Source: Vicinamibacterales bacterium
Lineage (GTDB): Bacteria; Acidobacteriota; Vicinamibacteria; Vicinamibacterales; JAMQPK01
Direction: 5' to 3'
Length of the DNA: 64,000 bases
Assembly (NCBI GenBank): GCA_023717525.1
Contig: JAMQPK010000159.1
Location: 19,284-83,283 of the forward strand
Positions 56,519 to 64,000 of the stretch are shown here, in pieces. The first letter of the stretch is position 1. Every line of letters begins with the position of its first letter. The notes under the pieces were generated by a model, which ran no database searches, was not told the origin of the DNA, and worked only from the letters and a program-made list of their open reading frames with translations. A program made the translations under genes and the position numbers.

Positions 56519-57319
56519 ATGACTGGAGCGGTAACGCGCCAGCATTCCAGCGTTCGACGCTTCCGCGATCTCGCTCGTACCCCGCCAGCGTCCGGCGTCG
56601 ACCGCGAGCTGCTGCTCGATGGTCTGCACCTGCTCTCGGAGGCGCACGCGTCAGGTGTCGCAATCGAGACTGCCGCCTTCGAGCATGGCGCATTGGACGA
56701 CCCGAACACGCGCAAGATCGCCGAGCAGCTTTCGACCTCCGGAACCGAAGTGCTTATCGTGTCGCGCAACGTTCTGGAAGCGATGAGCCCCGTTCGCACG
56801 CCCACCGGATCGATTGGCATCGCCCGACGCGCACTCGTGTCAGTGTCAGATGTCATGCGCGCAAACAGGCCGCTCGTCGTCGTTGCACACGATGTGCAGG
56901 ATCCCGGCAATGTCGGCGGCATGGTCCGTACCGCAGAAGCGGCTGGCGCAACAGGGTTCGTCGCGTCGGCCGGCACCGCCGATCCGTTCGGCTGGAAGGC
57001 GCTCCGCGGCTCCATGGGTAGCGCCCTTCGGCTGCCCTTGGCGCGCGCGCCGATCGACGAGGTCCTTCGCGAGGCACGGAATGCAGGCCTGGCGACGGTT
57101 GCACTCGTGCCGCGCGGCGGCACGCCGTTTCATGAGATCGATCTCCGAAGGCCCACTGCCCTGCTGTTGGGTGGCGAAGGTCTCGGGCTTTCGCGAGAGC
57201 TTGCCGACGCCGCAGACGCTCGAATATCGATTCCGATGTCGGGTCGCGTAGAATCGCTGAACGTCGGTGTCGCGGCCGGCCTGGTGCTGTACGAGGCATT
57301 CCGCCAACGGACGACATGA
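56519..57319 (+). CDS. TrmH/SpoU family RNA 2'-O-methyltransferase
   Basis: SpoU MTase motifs (DPGNVGGMVRTAEA, LLGGEGLGL, IPMSGRVESLNVGVAAG). Confidence 0.85.
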   Translation: MTGAVTRQHSSVRRFRDLARTPPASGVDRELLLDGLHLLSEAHASGVAIETAAFEHGALDDPNTRKIAEQLSTSGTEVLIVSRNVLEAMSPVRTPTGSIGIARRALVSVSDVMRANRPLVVVAHDVQDPGNVGGMVRTAEAAGATGFVASAGTADPFGWKALRGSMGSALRLPLARAPIDEVLREARNAGLATVALVPRGGTPFHEIDLRRPTALLLGGEGLGLSRELADAADARISIPMSGRVESLNVGVAAGLVLYEAFRQRTT

Positions 57320-58668
57320 GCCTCTTCGACGATCCCGACACCGCGAGGTCCTCCAGGAGCACTGCCGGCACGCCGCTGGCGGAACGGATGCGCCCGGCTT
57401 CCTTCGACGAGTTCGTCGGGCAGGAAGACGTGCTTGCCCCCGGTAAGCCGCTCCGTGAGGCGATCGAACGCGATCGTCTCCAGTCCATCATCCTGTGGGG
57501 ACCCCCAGGCACGGGAAAGACGACGCTCGCGAGGTTGGTCGCCAAGGCCACCAAAGCCCAGTTCGTGTCGTTCAGCGCAGTGCTCGCCGGAATCAAGGAA
57601 ATCCGGGACGTGATGGCCACTGCCGAGGAATCGCGGAGAAAGCTTGGCCGCCGCACCATCGTCTTTGTGGATGAGATTCACCGGTTCAACAAGTCCCAGC
57701 AGGATGCATTCCTCCCCCGCGTCGAGGCCGGGGACATCGTCTTGATTGGCGCGACGACGGAGAACCCGTCGTTCGAGGTGAACGCGGCGCTCCTGTCGCG
57801 CTCGAAGGTGTTCATCCTGCGAGCGCTCACCGAAGAGGAGATCGTGCGCATCCTCGAACGGGCGCTCACGGATCCGGTTCGGGGTCTCGGCACCGAGCCC
57901 ATTCAGGTCGACGAGGGCGTCTACCAGGCCATCGCGCGCTATTCCAATGGGGACGCACGCGCGGCGCTGAATCTGCTCGAGCTCTCTACTGCCGGTGCCA
58001 CATCACCCGTCGCGGGCGGTTCGAAGCGCGTCGAGTTGTCGCTCGTGCAGCAAGCCGTTCAACGGCGCGCACTGCTCTACGACAAGACCGGCGAAGAGCA
58101 TTACAACATCATCTCGGCCCTTCATAAGTCGATGCGCAACAGCGATCCCGATGCCGCAGTCTATTGGCTGGCTCGTATGGTGGAAGCCGGCGAGGATCCG
58201 CTCTACATCGCGCGCCGGCTCGTCCGGTTTGCGTCGGAGGATGTCGGCAATGCCGATCCCCAGGCGCTCACTGTTGCCATCGCGGCGAAAGACGCGGTGC
58301 ACTTCATCGGCCTACCGGAGGGCAATACGGCGCTCGCGCAGTGCGCCATCTACCTGGCCACGGCGCCCAAGAGCAACGCGGTGTACGTGGCCTACAACGA
58401 AGCCGCCGAGGACGCCTTGAGACAAGTCGCCGACCCTGTCCCGCTGCACATCCGTAATGCTCCGACGCGCCTCATGAAGGAGCTGAACTACGGGAAGGAC
58501 TACAAGTACGCGCACAACGAGCCTGACGGCATCGCCGACATGGACTGCCTGCCGGCGTCCCTTGAGGGCCGGAACTACTACCGCCCGACCAATCGCGGTT
58601 TCGAAGACACGATCCGGAAACGGATTGAAGACTGGAAAAAAGCCCGGAGGACACATGAACCGACGTGA
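57316..58668 (+). CDS. rarA: replication-associated recombination protein A
   Basis: AAA+ Walker A GPPGTGKTT, Walker B-type motif VFVDEIHR, and a MgsA C-terminal domain. Confidence 0.95.
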   Translation: MSLFDDPDTARSSRSTAGTPLAERMRPASFDEFVGQEDVLAPGKPLREAIERDRLQSIILWGPPGTGKTTLARLVAKATKAQFVSFSAVLAGIKEIRDVMATAEESRRKLGRRTIVFVDEIHRFNKSQQDAFLPRVEAGDIVLIGATTENPSFEVNAALLSRSKVFILRALTEEEIVRILERALTDPVRGLGTEPIQVDEGVYQAIARYSNGDARAALNLLELSTAGATSPVAGGSKRVELSLVQQAVQRRALLYDKTGEEHYNIISALHKSMRNSDPDAAVYWLARMVEAGEDPLYIARRLVRFASEDVGNADPQALTVAIAAKDAVHFIGLPEGNTALAQCAIYLATAPKSNAVYVAYNEAAEDALRQVADPVPLHIRNAPTRLMKELNYGKDYKYAHNEPDGIADMDCLPASLEGRNYYRPTNRGFEDTIRKRIEDWKKARRTHEPT

Positions 58669-59716
58669 GGTGATTCAGCTGCTTCTGTCGGGACTCGCGC
58701 AGGCGCCGCTGCTCGCGGCGGACCCCTCGGTCTCGACGATCCTCGGCGTCGGCAAGCCCGGCTCTTCCGATGGCGAGGTGAATAACCCTTACGGCCTCCT
58801 CTTCGGCCCGGATCGCGCTTTGTATTTCTGCGACCTGGATAACCAGCGGATCAGGCGGTTCGATCTGGCCACTCGCCGTGCGAGCAGTGTTGCTGGCAAC
58901 GGGCAGCGGGCCTATGCCGGCGACGGCGGTCCGGCGGCGGCAGGATCGCTGAACATGCCGCACGAGATTCAATTCGACAGGCGCGGCAATCTCTACATCG
59001 CCGAACGCGACAACCACATCGTGCGGAAGGTTGATGGGAAGACGGGCATCATCTCGACGCTCGCCGGGACCGGCGTTGCCGGCTTCGCTGGTGACGGCGG
59101 ACCCGCCGGCCAGGCACAGCTCCGTCAGCCGCACAGCATCGCCATCGACCCGCAGGATCAGCTTCTAATCTGTGACATCGGCAACCACCGGGTCCGGCGC
59201 GTGAGCCTTTCGAACGGCACGATCGACACATTTGCAGGAACCGGGGAGCGTCTGCCCACGCCTGATGGCGCACCGCTGCAAGGCACGCCGCTGAATGGTC
59301 CGCGCACCATCGCTTTCGATCGTGAGGGCAATCTCTATCTGGCCCTGCGCGAAGGCAATGCCATTTATCGCATCTCACCCAAGACGGCGACGATTCATCA
59401 TGTGGCGGGCACTGGCGAGCAGGGATATTCAGGGGATGGCGGTCCGGCGCGTCTCGCGAAGCTTGGCGGGCCCAAAGGCCTGGCATACTCGGATGACGGG
59501 CTCTATGTCGCCGATACCGAAAACCACGTCATCCGCCGCATCAACCTGCGCACCGGCGTCATCACGACGGTGCTGGGAACGGGCGTGCGCGGCGACGGCC
59601 CTGAGCCCGTTCCGCTGCAGTGCAAGCTTTCACGGCCGCACGGAGTCTTCGTGGATCCGTCCGGCGTACTGTATGTTGCCGACAGCGAGGCTCACCGTAT
59701 CCGTATCGTGAAATAG
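58655..59716 (+). CDS. NHL-repeat beta-propeller protein with Tat-like signal
   Basis: The start at 58655 gives MNRREVIQLLL. Six repeats of the type G.GxxGxxGDGGPAxxAxLxxPxGxAxDxxGNLYIAD follow. Confidence 0.75.
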   Translation: MNRREVIQLLLSGLAQAPLLAADPSVSTILGVGKPGSSDGEVNNPYGLLFGPDRALYFCDLDNQRIRRFDLATRRASSVAGNGQRAYAGDGGPAAAGSLNMPHEIQFDRRGNLYIAERDNHIVRKVDGKTGIISTLAGTGVAGFAGDGGPAGQAQLRQPHSIAIDPQDQLLICDIGNHRVRRVSLSNGTIDTFAGTGERLPTPDGAPLQGTPLNGPRTIAFDREGNLYLALREGNAIYRISPKTATIHHVAGTGEQGYSGDGGPARLAKLGGPKGLAYSDDGLYVADTENHVIRRINLRTGVITTVLGTGVRGDGPEPVPLQCKLSRPHGVFVDPSGVLYVADSEAHRIRIVK

Positions 59717-59717
59717 G

Positions 59718-59906
59718 TTACGCCTTCGGCGTTTGCGTGCGGACCATCAGCCAGCCTGCGAGAAACATCGCCACGCCCACATAGAACGGGTTCGGCTGCG
59801 GGCCCAGGGGGCCCGCCATGAACACGTCCACCAGCAGAATCCACATGGCGAACACCTGCAGGAAGCGGCCCAGGTAGTAGACGACGGCTCCCAACTGCGG
59901 GCTCAT
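59718..59906 (-). CDS. small two-TM membrane protein
   Basis: The start at 59906 overlaps the mutL stop as ATGA. 62 aa, hydrophobic. Confidence 0.5.
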   Translation of the reverse strand: MSPQLGAVVYYLGRFLQVFAMWILLVDVFMAGPLGPQPNPFYVGVAMFLAGWLMVRTQTPKA

Positions 59907-61663
59907 ATGCGCTGGAAGTTCTTCTCGATTTCGCGCCGCGTCAGCCGCAGCATCACCGGGCGCCCATGCGGGCACACCGTCGAATACGCCGTTCGTCGAA
60001 GCTCTTCGAGGATGTGGTGCATCTTTTCCATCGTCAGCGGGTAGTTCGCTTTCACGGCGGCGTGGCAGGCCGTCGTCGCGGCGATCCGCCCAAGGGCGTC
60101 GCGCACCTCGCCGCCCCTATTCAACCCTTCCAGATCGTCGGCGAGCGCCCGCACAGCCGTCACGGCATCCTCGCGGCCAAGAAGAGCCGGGACGGCCGTC
60201 AGACGAACCGTATCGCCGCCGAACTCCTCGACGCCGAAGCCGAGGCGATCCAGGTCGCCTGCGTGACTCAGCAAGGCCTGGCGTCCCTCCGGCGACAACT
60301 CCACGAGCAAGGGCTCGAGGAGACGCTGGCTCTCCAGACGCCCTGTGCTCAGCCGCTCCATCACGCGCTCGAACAATACCCGCTCGTGTGCGACATGCTG
60401 GTCGATGATCGCAATGCCGTCAGTGTCGACGGCAATGATGAACGTGTCCCGAAATTGCCCAAGCGCCATCATGGGCTTCACCGGCGAATCGTCTGACGTG
60501 GTGGCTGCGCCCGGTGCCGGCGTAAGGCTCGCCAGCGCAGCAGTCACATCCGCCGCCGACGGAATGCTCGTCGACGCCCAGCGACTCGGATACGCGCCGC
60601 CAGCCAGCACGCCAGGTATCGCTTGCGCGATGGGCGCCGCATCCGTGTACGTACTAGGCAGCAGCTGAAGCTCCGGAACGGCACCCTTTCCTATCGCGTC
60701 GGTGATCGCATGCTTCACGGCCTCGTGGATGAATGACTGATCGCGAAACCGGACCTCGGCTTTTGTGGGGTGCACGTTCACGTCCACGCGATCGGGTGGA
60801 ACATCCAGGAACAGCAGGACCTCCGGGCTTCGTTCCTTGATCGATGCCGAGCTATAGGCATCGATGATGGCGTGCGCGATCGTGCGATCCTTCACGATCC
60901 GGCGATTCACGAACACATTCTGCGTGCCACGAGTCGGACCCTGCTCGGTGAGGGCGGCAACGTATCCCTTGATCGTGCACCCGGAGAGCGCCTTACCGAC
61001 TGGCACGAGATCACCGCGCTCCCCGTAGATTTGAAACATCCGCTCGTCGAGGGTGGCTACCGGCGGCCATTGGAACAGCGTCCTCGGCCCGCTCATCACC
61101 ATGAATCCAACCTCCGGGTAGCAGAGGGCGAACTGCGTGACGACTCTGGAGACCTGCGTCGCCTCGCCCGTATCGGACTTCAGAAACTTTCGCCGGGCGG
61201 GAAGGTTGTAGAACAGATCCCCGACGTCGACCGACGTGCCTTCAGGGCAGCCCACTTCCTGAACTGACGTAACCGCGCCGCCGTTCACGCGAATCTCGGT
61301 GCCAGACTCATCTCCTCGCAGGCGCGTTCGAAGGATGAAGTGCGACACAGAGGCGATGCTGGGAAGCGCCTCGCCCCTGAATCCCAGGGTATGGATCGCG
61401 GCCAGATCGTCTGCACGCCTGATCTTGCTCGTTGCGTGCCGCTCGAGGCTGAGGCGCGCGTCTTCCGGCCCCATCCCCTCACCGTCATCTTCCACGCGCA
61501 CCAGGCGTTTGCCGCCCAACTCGACGTACACGCGGATGCGGTGCGCATCGGCGTCGATGGCATTCTCGATGAGCTCTTTGACGGCTGAGGCGGGCCGTTC
61601 GACAACTTCGCCGGCCGCTATCTGATTCGCGAGGTCGGAAGGGAGAAGCGAAATGCGGCCCAT
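59903..61663 (-). CDS. mutL: DNA mismatch repair protein MutL
   Basis: Start MGRISLLPSDLANQIAAGEVVERPASAVKELIENAIDA at 61663. This is a GHKL ATPase N-terminus. Confidence 0.95.
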   Translation of the reverse strand: MGRISLLPSDLANQIAAGEVVERPASAVKELIENAIDADAHRIRVYVELGGKRLVRVEDDGEGMGPEDARLSLERHATSKIRRADDLAAIHTLGFRGEALPSIASVSHFILRTRLRGDESGTEIRVNGGAVTSVQEVGCPEGTSVDVGDLFYNLPARRKFLKSDTGEATQVSRVVTQFALCYPEVGFMVMSGPRTLFQWPPVATLDERMFQIYGERGDLVPVGKALSGCTIKGYVAALTEQGPTRGTQNVFVNRRIVKDRTIAHAIIDAYSSASIKERSPEVLLFLDVPPDRVDVNVHPTKAEVRFRDQSFIHEAVKHAITDAIGKGAVPELQLLPSTYTDAAPIAQAIPGVLAGGAYPSRWASTSIPSAADVTAALASLTPAPGAATTSDDSPVKPMMALGQFRDTFIIAVDTDGIAIIDQHVAHERVLFERVMERLSTGRLESQRLLEPLLVELSPEGRQALLSHAGDLDRLGFGVEEFGGDTVRLTAVPALLGREDAVTAVRALADDLEGLNRGGEVRDALGRIAATTACHAAVKANYPLTMEKMHHILEELRRTAYSTVCPHGRPVMLRLTRREIEKNFQRI

Positions 61664-61668
61664 ACTGC

Positions 61669-61717
61669 CTCTGGACTCTGGGCTTTGGGCTCCAGGCCTA
61701 GAGCCCAGAGCCGAGGG
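61669..61717. repeat. heptamer-periodic palindrome between ppdK and mutL
   Basis: CTCTGGA CTCTGGG CTTTGGG CTCCAGG CCTAGAG CCCAGAG CCGAGGG. ctctgggct (61676-61684) pairs with agcccagag (61702-61710). The element lies 8 nt downstream of the ppdK stop. Confidence 0.65.
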
Positions 61718-61725
61718 CCTGCTCG

Positions 61726-64000
<2,275 letters not shown>

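Overview
This is a 64-kb high-GC chromosomal window that is almost fully coding. Gene content suggests an Acidobacteriota-like organism: a VWFA-related acidobacterial-type protein, a DUF5916/CBM9 barrel and an S55 peptidase. This lineage call is an inference, not a database result. Most genes are housekeeping. They include a roughly 10.7-kb aromatic amino-acid supraoperon on the minus strand (aroD/E fusion, trpEGDCFBA, chorismate mutase, DAHP synthase, tyrA), an aroC-def-fmt-rsmB-PASTA-rpe-thioesterase-epimerase-bamD cluster, sugar-nucleotide genes, tRNA-Gly(CCC) and tRNA-Val(CAC), nucleotide salvage genes (deoC, rpiB, hpt, upp), uvrB followed directly by mlaEFD, and greA, rarA, mutL and a partial ppdK. 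No CRISPR array, rRNA, transposase, integrase or recognisable defence system was found. Three observations stand out. (1) A strong candidate ribosome-mediated attenuator lies upstream of the aromatic supraoperon. It has a leader ORF rich in Phe/Trp/Tyr with tandem Trp codons, terminator and antiterminator alternatives, and the first gene's Shine-Dalgarno (SD) sequence inside the terminator arm. (2) A family of heptamer-periodic, often palindromic elements sits directly against stop codons, and some match a G-quadruplex motif. (3) A lower-GC Avd-like four-helix-bundle gene is bracketed by 37-bp inverted repeats built from such heptamers. Many long antisense or alternate-frame ORFs in the track are high-GC artefacts.
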